NCBI GenBank assembly: GCA_020724865.1
Contig: DYGA01000004.1
Coordinates: forward strand, 6,351 to 70,350
Direction: 5' to 3'
Source: Candidatus Paceibacter sp.
GTDB taxonomy: Bacteria > Patescibacteriota > Patescibacteriia > S139-126
Length of the DNA: 64,000 bases
Position numbers and translations under genes: made by a program. Of the stretch, positions 18,906-28,816 are shown one piece after another (the first letter of the stretch is position 1; each line of letters begins with the position of its first letter). The notes beneath the pieces were generated by a model. The model did no database searches and had not been told where the DNA came from. It saw only the letters and a list, made by a program, of their open reading frames with translations.

Positions 18906-20531
18906 CTATTCTAAAGGTAAGGTAAATTTGAAAGTAGTACCTTTATTTTCACCTTCGCTCTCTGCCCAAATATTACCGCCATGACCTTCGATTATTTTTT
19001 TAGCAATATAAAGTCCTAAGCCAACACCGCTTGTATCAACTTTATTTATATCTTTACCGCGTTTAAATTTTTGAAATAATTGATCAAGTTCTTCATAACT
19101 TATTCCCTTACCGTTGTCCTGAACTTTCACTAGAATATATTTATCCATATTTTTTGCTGATACTTTGATATGTCCGCCAATAGGTGTATATTTTATGGCA
19201 TTATCAATAAGGTTAATAATTACATCAGCCATTTTGTCTATATCAAACTTAAATAATGGGACATCACTTTCTTTAAATTCAATCTTTATATGTTTTGTAC
19301 TGGCTTCGATAGCTAGTGATTTAATTATGTCATCCAATAAACGATTAAGATCGTTTAAATTTTTATTAATTTTCAAACGCCCTGATTCAATCCGTGAGAT
19401 ATTTAAAAATATATTTATTAAGCGAATTAATCTTTCAGAATTACGCAATAGAATACCAATAATATCTGCTTGTTTTTTTGACATTTTGCCAAAATCACCA
19501 TCTTGTAACATGGAAAGATAACCTTTAATTGCTGATAAAGGGGTACGTAACTGATGAGAAGTTATTGATAAAAATTCAGTTTTGGCTTCATCTAATTGTT
19601 TTAAACGTTCATTAGCAACCTGTAATTCTGAGGTAATTTTTTCTAATTTTTCTTTTTGCTCGATTTCTTTTCTGACGCTTTTTATTAAGAAAAAGCCTAC
19701 AAATATTAAAGCGTTAAAGATTATTAAGCGTAAAATTATTACGTTTAAATTATTGGTAAAAAATATTTCAGCAAATGAACTAAAAGCTAATAAAAACACC
19801 AATAATTCCGTAGCAACAATTTTGATATTCAACAGATGATGTTTTAAAATCGCATAAGTAGTAAAAACAATAAAAGGAAAAAAGAATACGGCTCCCAAGG
19901 ATATATAAGTTGGATTATTTAAAAAAGCTGGATAAATAAAATTAAAAATTATAATAAAAGTAAAAGTAATTATAGTACCAGTTAAAATCAAACGTAAAGG
20001 TAAAGCATCTTTAGCATCAGAATTTTTTATTTTTTTAATTAACGTGTAAATAGCGCTAAAAACCAAACCAATACTTAAAGAACCAAATAAAATTATCCCC
20101 GGCCCGTTAGTTACTGATGTGGCTCCACCTGTGACTAAAACCCCGTTTATTTTTTTCAGAACAAAAGAGGTTAAAGTCAACAATGATACTAAACAAACCA
20201 CAGGTACTAAAAATCTTTTGTAATTTTTAGAAAAATTAAATTTAGCATGCGGATAAACATAAAAAAATTGAAAAATAAAAAAAGCTTGCCAAACGGCAAA
20301 AAATAAAACCAACCTTAATAACCATAAAATGATTTCTGGATCAAACAAATTATAACTTAAATAATTTATTACACCCCAAATTACAGTAACTAAAACAAAT
20401 AATGCAAAAGAAATGTTAGTTATACTACGAACATTTCTGATATAAACAATGACGCCTAATATAATTGAAGTTATTGTAACTAACCCAACAGTAAATAGAT
20501 TTAAATTAAAAGTCATTACTTCCATAATCAA
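18906..20531 (-). CDS. Sensor histidine kinase with multi-TM N-terminal sensor
   Basis: Several TM helices, H-box SHQLRTPL, NLIDNAIKY, DNGKGI, GVGLGL; ATG at 20525 is a likely start. Confidence 0.92.
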   Translation of the reverse strand: MIMEVMTFNLNLFTVGLVTITSIILGVIVYIRNVRSITNISFALFVLVTVIWGVINYLSYNLFDPEIILWLLRLVLFFAVWQAFFIFQFFYVYPHAKFNFSKNYKRFLVPVVCLVSLLTLTSFVLKKINGVLVTGGATSVTNGPGIILFGSLSIGLVFSAIYTLIKKIKNSDAKDALPLRLILTGTIITFTFIIIFNFIYPAFLNNPTYISLGAVFFFPFIVFTTYAILKHHLLNIKIVATELLVFLLAFSSFAEIFFTNNLNVIILRLIIFNALIFVGFFLIKSVRKEIEQKEKLEKITSELQVANERLKQLDEAKTEFLSITSHQLRTPLSAIKGYLSMLQDGDFGKMSKKQADIIGILLRNSERLIRLINIFLNISRIESGRLKINKNLNDLNRLLDDIIKSLAIEASTKHIKIEFKESDVPLFKFDIDKMADVIINLIDNAIKYTPIGGHIKVSAKNMDKYILVKVQDNGKGISYEELDQLFQKFKRGKDINKVDTSGVGLGLYIAKKIIEGHGGNIWAESEGENKGTTFKFTLPLE

Positions 20532-21595
20532 TTAATAAATTTTACATCTGGCTGACTTTTCAAAGCTTTGGCTCTAACCGGTGGCGCAAAACCAATTCTA
20601 AATGACATGGCAATTAAATTATTACCGACATTAAATAGATCATGCAAAACTTGATAGTTACTTAAAATTTTATCAGTTTGCGCATTATCAAATACATCAC
20701 CACTACCTGCTACAATACGCAAACGAGCAAAACACAAGGCACTGACCGGATGAAAGGCCAATCCTAAAGCAGTCGCTTTGAGCCAAACTCTTTCCATAGC
20801 CCGTCCAGCAAAAATAAAATTTTCCTGGGTATCTTCGGGAATGATAATTGCTCCGACAGCTGCTCCGCTTGAATATAATTTAGCATCTTCTTTAGCCACC
20901 ATTTTAGCTAATCCCAATTTATTTAACCAAATCGCCCTCTGCCAATTACTGGCAAGAAAAAAAACAAATTTTTGCATTAAATTGAACTCCATGGTGCCTA
21001 TATAAAATCCCTTTTTTAATTTGGCAAAAACTTTTTTTGACCAAATAATATCTTTAAACAACAGGGCGTGCAAATCTTTGTGTTGTAAAATTATTTCTTC
21101 AATTGAACTCATGGCACGACCAATTAATTTCTTTTTTTCATCATCATCAATAAAAATTAATCTGACTTTATTTTCTTGACCAATTTTTATTATTTCCTGT
21201 TTCAGTGCATTGGTTTGTTCTAAAGTCATTTTAATATTTTTATATTTACGACGGTTTGTGTGCCTTTGTGATAAATACGGGAATAAAGCATCAGTTTCTA
21301 CATGACTATCGCACAAAACTACTTTAGCAACTAGATCTTTTTGTCGTTCATCTGGAAACAATTCCAACTGAGCTTGCAATTGAAATTTGGTAGCCGCAAT
21401 ACTAATATTTTCCAATAAACCGCCGTGACCAATATATGAACCGCGCTGGTTGATATTTAAAATTGGATTGTCAGATTTAGGTAAATTAAAAACAAATATA
21501 ATATTGTCTTTTACTTCAAATCGCCAAGGCTGAGAATTGTCACCCGAAGGAGCATTAATTGCTAATGTTAAAATTTTTTCAATTGTTTCTTTCAT
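20528..21595 (-). CDS. Nitroreductase-like (Acg-type) FMN oxidoreductase
   Basis: APSGDNSQPW, RHTNR, GRAMERVWLKATALGLAFHP. Confidence 0.82.
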   Translation of the reverse strand: MKETIEKILTLAINAPSGDNSQPWRFEVKDNIIFVFNLPKSDNPILNINQRGSYIGHGGLLENISIAATKFQLQAQLELFPDERQKDLVAKVVLCDSHVETDALFPYLSQRHTNRRKYKNIKMTLEQTNALKQEIIKIGQENKVRLIFIDDDEKKKLIGRAMSSIEEIILQHKDLHALLFKDIIWSKKVFAKLKKGFYIGTMEFNLMQKFVFFLASNWQRAIWLNKLGLAKMVAKEDAKLYSSGAAVGAIIIPEDTQENFIFAGRAMERVWLKATALGLAFHPVSALCFARLRIVAGSGDVFDNAQTDKILSNYQVLHDLFNVGNNLIAMSFRIGFAPPVRAKALKSQPDVKFIN

Positions 21596-21598
21596 ATT

Positions 21599-22693
21599 TT
21601 AAAGACCAATAATATTTAAAAATTTTTTTAATTGTTTTTGTCTTTGTGCAATCTTTTGTTTTTGATTGTAAGTTGGATCAAAAATTGCATCTAAATTAAC
21701 TTCATATTGACCTGATTTTAAAGGTTGTTTATTGGCCAATCTCCTAACTAAATAAGCCACCGCTACTCCTGATAACATAGCCGCGTCCCCCAATTGAGGC
21801 CAAGAATAAATAGTTTTACCAACTTGTAATAAAGAAATTTGCATCCGAGGAGCAACTTTATCTTGACCGGCAATTTTGGTTGATAAACGAGGCATATCTT
21901 GCGGATGAATTTTTTTAAAATCTGACAATGTTAAATCACCAACCCTTCCATTAAAAATTTTTAAATTATGATCTAGATCATACCTTTCCACATCTACTAT
22001 TATATTATCACCGTTGTCAGTAGCCATAATAACAGGGATTTTTAATTTTTTTGCTGCCAATCTAATTCTAATTTTCATTTCTAAATTATCCATTTCTTCA
22101 ATTAAAACATCCAACTTGGGCGGAGCGGCTAAAAAATTGATTAAATTTTTCTCATTTAAACCTTCGGGATAAGTAAAAATTCTCGCATAAGGATTTATTT
22201 GATAAATTTGTTGACTGGCAAGATCGCATTTTTTTTTGCCGATATCCAAGACTGTGTACCTGACACGATTTAGATTTGAAGGCGATAAAACGTCCGGATC
22301 GGCAATTTTCATCTTTTTACCACCACCCATCACAGCAATTGATATGGCTGCGTGACTACCAACACTAAGTCCGGCTACACCAATATTATAATTATAAAAT
22401 TTTTCTTGTTCACTGGCAGTAATAATTTCTTTATTTCTACCAGTCCGAACCGTTAAAAAATCTTTTTCTGATAAAATGTGCACATATTTATCCAACCAAG
22501 GAAAAAAAACCCAATTACCTTTATCAGATTTTTTAATAAACTCTGCTAATGGTTTTTGATAATCCTTAATAAAACGATATTGAGGATTTTTCAACAAAAA
22601 CAAATCAGTAAGTTGTTCCTGATATGTATCTATCAACTTTGATTTTTTTATCTTAGTAAATGATTTTTTTATTATGGGTTTGTTTTTATCCAT
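21599..22693 (-). CDS. ThiF-family adenylyltransferase (Rv1355c/MoeY-like)
   Basis: WVFFPW, RTGRN, VAGLSVG, DPDVLSPSNLNR, DVERYD, SWPQL. Confidence 0.85.
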   Translation of the reverse strand: MDKNKPIIKKSFTKIKKSKLIDTYQEQLTDLFLLKNPQYRFIKDYQKPLAEFIKKSDKGNWVFFPWLDKYVHILSEKDFLTVRTGRNKEIITASEQEKFYNYNIGVAGLSVGSHAAISIAVMGGGKKMKIADPDVLSPSNLNRVRYTVLDIGKKKCDLASQQIYQINPYARIFTYPEGLNEKNLINFLAAPPKLDVLIEEMDNLEMKIRIRLAAKKLKIPVIMATDNGDNIIVDVERYDLDHNLKIFNGRVGDLTLSDFKKIHPQDMPRLSTKIAGQDKVAPRMQISLLQVGKTIYSWPQLGDAAMLSGVAVAYLVRRLANKQPLKSGQYEVNLDAIFDPTYNQKQKIAQRQKQLKKFLNIIGL

Positions 22694-24183
22694 TTTTGTT
22701 TGGTTCCAGGTTTAAAATATTTAGCATCTTCATATTGCCAAAAGACTATTTTTGGTATCACTCTTTTAGGATATTCTTCTGCGGTTTTACGATAAGAAGA
22801 ATTTTCAATTAATAGTCGACTAACTACTAATTTTTTTATTTTATCACTTAAAATTTTTGTACCTTTAACATTTGGTTGTAATTCAATATTTAATTCTAAA
22901 TACTGATTGGCGTTCTTATCATATTTAACCAACAGAGTAAATTTGCCGGTTATACTTTTTAACAAGTCTTTATGCCATAAAGATTTTCTTATTGTTTCGG
23001 GATATATTTGAAAAGCAAAAAAACTTACTGACAAATCTTTACGTTCGAAGACATAAACAAATGGTAAATTCCATAAAGTATCCTGTAAATTATATTTACT
23101 AATAAATTTATTTAGATCTAAACCATGGTTAGTAAAAATTTTATAAACTTCAAATAAAGTGACAATGCCACCGTAATCATGTAAATCATATCTGACTAAG
23201 GGATAACCACTATGAGCCGAACAAACTAAACTTTTATTAATATCTTCAAAATAAAACATTTCTGGTAAATATTGGGTAAAAGTTGGCAATTTATCACGCT
23301 CGGAAAATAACTCATAATATAAATTTTTATTTTTTAATGCTAGACGACGAATTAAAATAGATAATGGTGTCTCGTGTGACATGGTCCCCAAATCAACCGT
23401 ACCATAATGGTTAAGTGTACTACGATAAATGTCTTTACTACCAGTAATTTTAAAAATATAATCTCTAAAATCTTCATTAAAACCTTCAGCGGAAAATATA
23501 AAACCTAAATTATATTTTTTCCAATTTAAACCCAATCTTTGGCCCTCTTCTAGCGTATCTTTTAAAAACGGCGCGTAACTTCCGATTATAATTTGATCAA
23601 ATTCACGACCAATCTTTTTTACGGCATTTATTATTTCCAGTTTATTTATGCCCGGAGTAATAATACTTAAATTATACTTCCCTCTGGCCGACAAAATTTT
23701 TAATGCTTCATAAGTAAAAAGACCTCCAATCCAAGCTCCCATAGGAAAACCTACAATATATAAAGTACTTTTTTTATCAATATTAAAATTGGTCAATAAA
23801 TAAATTTCAGCAGTTAATGCATACTGTTCATCCTGTTCTTTAGTTCTGGGAAAATAAAATGGTTCACCGGTGGAACCTGAAGTCGTAGAAATTACCCATT
23901 GTTTTGTTTTAAAAATACCATCCCAAGACAGCTCCCGGGGACTATAATTTTGCAAATAATTTTTTTTATCTATAGTAGGTACTTGTTTAAAATCGGAAAT
24001 TGTTTTTATTTTTTGAGGATCAATCTTGTTTTTTTGTAACCAATCTTTATAAGCTGGCACACGCTTGGACATTTGCTGAAATAAATCTAAAGCCATCTTT
24101 TCTCCGCGTTTAATCCAATTTGACTCAGGTACTTTCTTTAAATCCTTGATAACTTTTTTAGCTGGAATTTTAATTAAATTCAT
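22672..24183 (-). CDS. Phenylacetate-CoA ligase (PaaK)-like adenylate-forming enzyme
   Basis: VPAY, TSGSTGEP P-loop, YGTVDLG, PLVRYDLHD. Confidence 0.82.
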   Translation of the reverse strand: MNLIKIPAKKVIKDLKKVPESNWIKRGEKMALDLFQQMSKRVPAYKDWLQKNKIDPQKIKTISDFKQVPTIDKKNYLQNYSPRELSWDGIFKTKQWVISTTSGSTGEPFYFPRTKEQDEQYALTAEIYLLTNFNIDKKSTLYIVGFPMGAWIGGLFTYEALKILSARGKYNLSIITPGINKLEIINAVKKIGREFDQIIIGSYAPFLKDTLEEGQRLGLNWKKYNLGFIFSAEGFNEDFRDYIFKITGSKDIYRSTLNHYGTVDLGTMSHETPLSILIRRLALKNKNLYYELFSERDKLPTFTQYLPEMFYFEDINKSLVCSAHSGYPLVRYDLHDYGGIVTLFEVYKIFTNHGLDLNKFISKYNLQDTLWNLPFVYVFERKDLSVSFFAFQIYPETIRKSLWHKDLLKSITGKFTLLVKYDKNANQYLELNIELQPNVKGTKILSDKIKKLVVSRLLIENSSYRKTAEEYPKRVIPKIVFWQYEDAKYFKPGTKQKWIKTNP

Positions 24184-25232
24184 AAATTAAATTCTAAAGA
24201 ATTTAACCTGTTTTTAACCGCTGCATCAACTAAACGATGAAGTGGTTTATTTAATCTGTACGCCTCTTCTAAATAATAATGCAATCTATCGCCAATTGCT
24301 AAAACTTTATTAGTTACAGATAATTCATCAGTGACACCTTCATATTCGCTGACCACACTTATTAAACCGCCAGCATTAACTAAATAATCAGGCAAATATA
24401 AAATTTCTCTGCGCCACAATAAATCACCTAACTCCGGAGAAAATAATTGATTATTAGCTGCACCAACTATCATTCGACATTGAAAATTCTTATAATTATC
24501 AAAGGTGACAACATCGCTAAGTGCGCAAGGACAATAAATATCTAAAGATTGTAAATATAATTTATTGACCGGGACAATATTAATTTGCGGAAACTCACTT
24601 TTTATTTTATTCAATAGCTGAATGTTTATATCACTAAGATAAATATCAGCTTGTTTATTTAATAAAATTTTTAGTATTTCATATCCAACTTTTCCTGCGC
24701 CATCAATACCAATTTTTTTATTGGTAAAATCTCCCAACTTTAAATATTCAATAGATTTTTTCATTGCAGTCACCACACCTAAAGCAGTATAATAACTTGG
24801 ATCAACTATCACTCCAGAAACATACGGGGTAATTTTTTTCATGTTTACTACATCTTGCTGATAAACGCCCACGTCACTACCAGTTATAAATTCACCTGAT
24901 AATTTATTTATTTCATTGGCGTATTCATTAAAAAAATTTACCCTATCCTTTTTTAAATAATCAGTAGTAAATAATACTGCTTTTGCCCCGCCATAACTTA
25001 AATCAGCCGCTATTGATTTATAAGTCATTAAACAAGATAAACGTAAAACATCTATTAAAGCGTGTTTTTGATCATTATAATCATATAAACGAGTGGCACC
25101 AAAAGAAGGAAAATTATTAAAATGACGATGAATAGCAATAAAACCTTTTAATTGCTGGCCATCGATTTGGATTATTTTAGCGTGTTTATCAAAAAATTCT
25201 TCATCAACAAAATTTTCTGTAATAATTGACAT
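24180..25232 (-). CDS. Glu/Leu/Phe/Val dehydrogenase family
   Basis: GFIAIH, GATR, MTYK, GGAKAV, GAGKVG, GAANNQL, PDYLVNAGG. Confidence 0.9.
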   Translation of the reverse strand: MSIITENFVDEEFFDKHAKIIQIDGQQLKGFIAIHRHFNNFPSFGATRLYDYNDQKHALIDVLRLSCLMTYKSIAADLSYGGAKAVLFTTDYLKKDRVNFFNEYANEINKLSGEFITGSDVGVYQQDVVNMKKITPYVSGVIVDPSYYTALGVVTAMKKSIEYLKLGDFTNKKIGIDGAGKVGYEILKILLNKQADIYLSDINIQLLNKIKSEFPQINIVPVNKLYLQSLDIYCPCALSDVVTFDNYKNFQCRMIVGAANNQLFSPELGDLLWRREILYLPDYLVNAGGLISVVSEYEGVTDELSVTNKVLAIGDRLHYYLEEAYRLNKPLHRLVDAAVKNRLNSLEFNL

Positions 25233-25325
25233 TTAATTAATCAATTTCACTATGTTTATAACTTTATTTTAGCAAAAAAACTTATAATTTTAAAGTGATT
25301 ATATATATGTTATAATAATAATTAC

Positions 25326-25772
25326 ATGTTATATACCTACAAAAAATGGCAAAAAAATTTATTGGTAATGCAAATCATTTTAAGCTTTCTGGGCTTGCTT
25401 GATAGTTTATATTTGTCTTACCAAAAAATAAATAATAATGAAGTTGCCTGTTCCACTTTTGGTGGCTGTAATACTGTCATAAATAGTAACTATGCTTATC
25501 TTATAGGCATTCCTTTGGCTTATTTGGGTTTAATATACTATCTGACACTTTTACTTGTTATATTTTTTGTTTTGATAAATAAAAAAACACTTTGGTTGAA
25601 ATTATTAACAATTATTACTCTCAGTGGCTTTCTGATGTCAGGATATTTTGTATATTTGCAATTTTTTGAAATAGGATCTATTTGTATTTTTTGTATGTTT
25701 TCTGCCTTAGTTTCTACTCTATTATTTATCACTACCCAAACATTATATTGGTCAATAAAAAAAAGCGGCTAA
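25326..25772 (+). CDS. Vitamin K epoxide reductase (VKOR) family protein
   Basis: CSTFGGC..V..S.YA, GIPLA, CIFC motif, TM helices. Confidence 0.88.
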   Translation: MLYTYKKWQKNLLVMQIILSFLGLLDSLYLSYQKINNNEVACSTFGGCNTVINSNYAYLIGIPLAYLGLIYYLTLLLVIFFVLINKKTLWLKLLTIITLSGFLMSGYFVYLQFFEIGSICIFCMFSALVSTLLFITTQTLYWSIKKSG

Positions 25773-25787
25773 TAGCCGCCTTTTTTT
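25757..25787. terminator. Bidirectional terminator
   Basis: A-tract GCGGCT-AAT-AGCCGC T-tract between convergent genes. Confidence 0.7.
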
Positions 25788-26784
25788 AAAGAACAAAATT
25801 TGCCATTTCTACCAAACGGTTGGCATAACCCCATTCATTATCATACCAAGCAATTATTTTGACTAAATCATCGTCAATAACTTTGGTTAATGTTAGATCA
25901 ACTATAGAAGAAGCGGGATTACCAACTATATCGCTGGAAACTAAAGGATCACTCGATACTTCTAAGATGCCTTGGTAACGCGGACTAGCGGCGGCAGCAG
26001 ATAATACTTCATTAACTTTAGTAACCGTAGTTTTTTTCTTGACCAAAAAAGTAAAATCCGATAATGACCCACAAGGAGTTGGCACCCGAACAGCCAAGCC
26101 ATCAAAAATTCCAGCCAATTCAGGTATAGTTTGACTAACTGCCGAAGCAGCGCCAGTGGTTGTCGGAACAATATTCAAAGCCGCTGCCCTTGCTCGTCGC
26201 AAATCTTTATGCGGCCCATCAACTAAATTTTGATCAGCAGTATAAGAATGAATAGTGGTCATGGCTGCTTTTTTGATGCCAAAATTTTCTGCCATAATTT
26301 GTGCCACTGGCGCAATACAGTTAGTTGTACAAGAAGCATTTGAAATGATATTTTCTTGTGACTTTTTATCTGTATTAACACCAAGCACATAGGTAGGAGT
26401 AGAATGATCTTTGGCTGGAGCGGAAATAATTACCGCTTTAGCCCCCGCTTTCAAATGTAAACTGGCTAATTCTTGAGTGCGAAAAATTCCTGTGCATTCT
26501 AATACCACATCAATATCTAAACTTCGCCAAGATAATGCAGCAGGATCTTTTTCACTAAAAGTAATAATCTTCTTACCAGCAACATATAAATGATTATCGT
26601 CCTGCTTAACTTCTTTGTTAAATTTTCCATAAACTGAATCATATTTCAATAAATGAGCCAACGTGGCAGTGTCAGTTAAATCATTAATGGCTATTATTTC
26701 CATATCATCACGATCCAAAATGATTTTAAAAGCCGCTCGGCCAATTCGGCCAAAGCCATTGATAGCTATTTTTTTCTTGATCAT
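25786..26784 (-). CDS. gap: Type I glyceraldehyde-3-phosphate dehydrogenase
   Basis: INGFGRIGR, ASCTTNC, WYDNEWGY. Confidence 0.97.
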   Translation of the reverse strand: MIKKKIAINGFGRIGRAAFKIILDRDDMEIIAINDLTDTATLAHLLKYDSVYGKFNKEVKQDDNHLYVAGKKIITFSEKDPAALSWRSLDIDVVLECTGIFRTQELASLHLKAGAKAVIISAPAKDHSTPTYVLGVNTDKKSQENIISNASCTTNCIAPVAQIMAENFGIKKAAMTTIHSYTADQNLVDGPHKDLRRARAAALNIVPTTTGAASAVSQTIPELAGIFDGLAVRVPTPCGSLSDFTFLVKKKTTVTKVNEVLSAAAASPRYQGILEVSSDPLVSSDIVGNPASSIVDLTLTKVIDDDLVKIIAWYDNEWGYANRLVEMANFVL

Positions 26785-26803
26785 ATTTTTATATTATTAA
26801 AAT

Positions 26804-27454
26804 TTATTTTAACTGTTGATAATTTTTTTCTTCAAACGCTAAACAACATTTTAAACGGCCACAAATTCCGGACAAACGATCAATGCCACGTTGAGAAATT
26901 TTTTGATTACTAGCCATTTCTGAAGAAATATTACCTAGATTTCGTAAATGTGACTGACAACACAAACGATAACCGCAGGTGCCAATATCACCGCTAATTT
27001 TAGCCTCATCTCTTACTCCTATTTGCTGCAATCTAATGCTACCACGATATCTTTTAGTTAATTCTTTAATTAAATCCCTAAAATCAACCCTGCCTTGGGC
27101 AATAAAAGCAAAAACTAATCTTTTTTTATCAAAAGAAAAATGAGCATCAACCAATTTCATTGGTAAATTTAACTGTCGAGCATGATCATGACAAAACTCC
27201 AAAGCTTCACGACTTTCCTTATATAATTGCTCTTGTAAACTAATATCTTCACCATTGGCCAGTCTTAAAATTTCAACACCCTGGTCAAGATCTATATCTT
27301 TTTTTTCTGTAATTACATTAATCACTCTGACTATTTCATTACCCCACTCAAAATTAACAATCAATTTATCATTTTTTTTGATTGCAGTAGACAATGTTAA
27401 AGGGATTAAATAAATTTTATCCCAATTTATATATTGCCCTTCTATATAGTGCAT
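26804..27454 (-). CDS. PSP1-domain protein (RicT/YaaT family)
   Basis: RVDFRDL, QIGVRDEAK, GTCGYRLCC, SGICGRLKCCL. Confidence 0.88.
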   Translation of the reverse strand: MHYIEGQYINWDKIYLIPLTLSTAIKKNDKLIVNFEWGNEIVRVINVITEKKDIDLDQGVEILRLANGEDISLQEQLYKESREALEFCHDHARQLNLPMKLVDAHFSFDKKRLVFAFIAQGRVDFRDLIKELTKRYRGSIRLQQIGVRDEAKISGDIGTCGYRLCCQSHLRNLGNISSEMASNQKISQRGIDRLSGICGRLKCCLAFEEKNYQQLK

Positions 27455-27457
27455 AAT

Positions 27458-28144
27458 TTATTTAATTATTGTGCCGTAATTTGTATTTTTCCAGATTTTT
27501 AATAAATTTCCCGGCTGCCATTTACAAACCCTGATTGATAAATTCAATTCTCTAGCTAAAGCCAAAGCGGCCATATCTATAACATTTAAACTAGCTACTA
27601 AAGCTTGGTTGTGTGATAAAACTTTAAATCTTTTCGCTGATTTATTTGTCTTAGGATCAGAGTCATACACTCCATTTACTTTGGTCAACTTTATAACCTG
27701 TTCAACTCCTAAGCTTGCCCCAAAAATTACTGCTGCGGTATCGGTTGTAACATAAGGCAACCCTGTGCCACCAAAAATAATAACTTTACCAGATAAAAAA
27801 TCATTTTTGGCTCGATCGGGATTAAAATGTTGACTGGCCTGAGTGATATTTAAAGTGCTATCAAGTACAGCTGGGACTTTTATATTTTCCAAAGCTGCTT
27901 GCAAAATCAAACCATTTATAAAAGCCGCGGACATCCCGGCATAATCAAGTTTTAATCTAGATAAATTTTTTATTTGCTTGCCTCTGATAATATTTCCGGC
28001 TCCAACTACCACGGCTATTTTTACTTTATGTTGATAGAGCTTTTTTATCTCTTTGGCCAATATCATAGCTTTGTCAGGTGATACGGCCTGGTTAGAGTTA
28101 GCAAAAAATTCACCAGATAATTTAAGCAAAATTTTTTTCATCAA
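27458..28144 (-). CDS. pyrH: Uridylate kinase
   Basis: LLKLSGE, GAGNIIRG, TTDTAA, GVYDSDP; follows tsf. Confidence 0.9.
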   Translation of the reverse strand: MMKKILLKLSGEFFANSNQAVSPDKAMILAKEIKKLYQHKVKIAVVVGAGNIIRGKQIKNLSRLKLDYAGMSAAFINGLILQAALENIKVPAVLDSTLNITQASQHFNPDRAKNDFLSGKVIIFGGTGLPYVTTDTAAVIFGASLGVEQVIKLTKVNGVYDSDPKTNKSAKRFKVLSHNQALVASLNVIDMAALALARELNLSIRVCKWQPGNLLKIWKNTNYGTIIK

Positions 28145-28166
28145 AATAATTTTACCTTAAAAAATA

Positions 28167-28187
28167 AATCCCGCCAATGGCGGGATT
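28167..28187 (-). terminator. Hairpin after tsf
   Basis: AATCCCGCCA/TGGCGGGATT. Confidence 0.65.
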
Positions 28188-28189
28188 AT

Positions 28190-28777
28190 TTATATACTCA
28201 ACCTATAAAATTTACCAATCTTTATATTTTCACCTATTTTAGCAATATTCTGAGTTAATAATTTTTCAACAGTTAAATTATCATCTTTAATATAATTTTG
28301 TCTCAGTAAACAATGCTGGCTATAAAATTTATCTAATTTGCCTTCCACAATTTTTTCCAAAACTTCTGCTGGTTTACCAGCGTTTTGCATTTCTGCCCGA
28401 TAAATTTCTTTTTCTTTTACTTTTATTTCTTCGGGAACATCTTCAGGCGAAAGATATGATGGATTCATAGCCGCCACTTGCATGGCTAACTCTTTTGCTA
28501 AATTTTGAAAATCTTCATTTCTAGCAACAAAATCTGTTTCACACAATAACTCGACCATTGCCCCCACCTTACCATTGCTATGCAAATAAACTCCGATATA
28601 ACCTTCTTTTACCTGACGAGTAGATTTTTTCGAAGCAATAGTTTGTCCTCTTTTTCTCAAAACTTCTAAAGCTTTGTTAATATCACCTCCAGCTTCAATC
28701 AATGCCTGTTTAGCATCCATCATACCGGCTCCAGTTTGCTCTCTTAGTTGTTTTACATTTTCAGCAGATATAGACAT
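28190..28777 (-). CDS. tsf: Elongation factor Ts (short form)
   Basis: LREQTGAGMMDAK, ETDFVA. Confidence 0.96.
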   Translation of the reverse strand: MSISAENVKQLREQTGAGMMDAKQALIEAGGDINKALEVLRKRGQTIASKKSTRQVKEGYIGVYLHSNGKVGAMVELLCETDFVARNEDFQNLAKELAMQVAAMNPSYLSPEDVPEEIKVKEKEIYRAEMQNAGKPAEVLEKIVEGKLDKFYSQHCLLRQNYIKDDNLTVEKLLTQNIAKIGENIKIGKFYRLSI

Positions 28778-28816
28778 AGTTATCAATATCAATAATTAAT
28801 AAATTAAAATCTTGAA

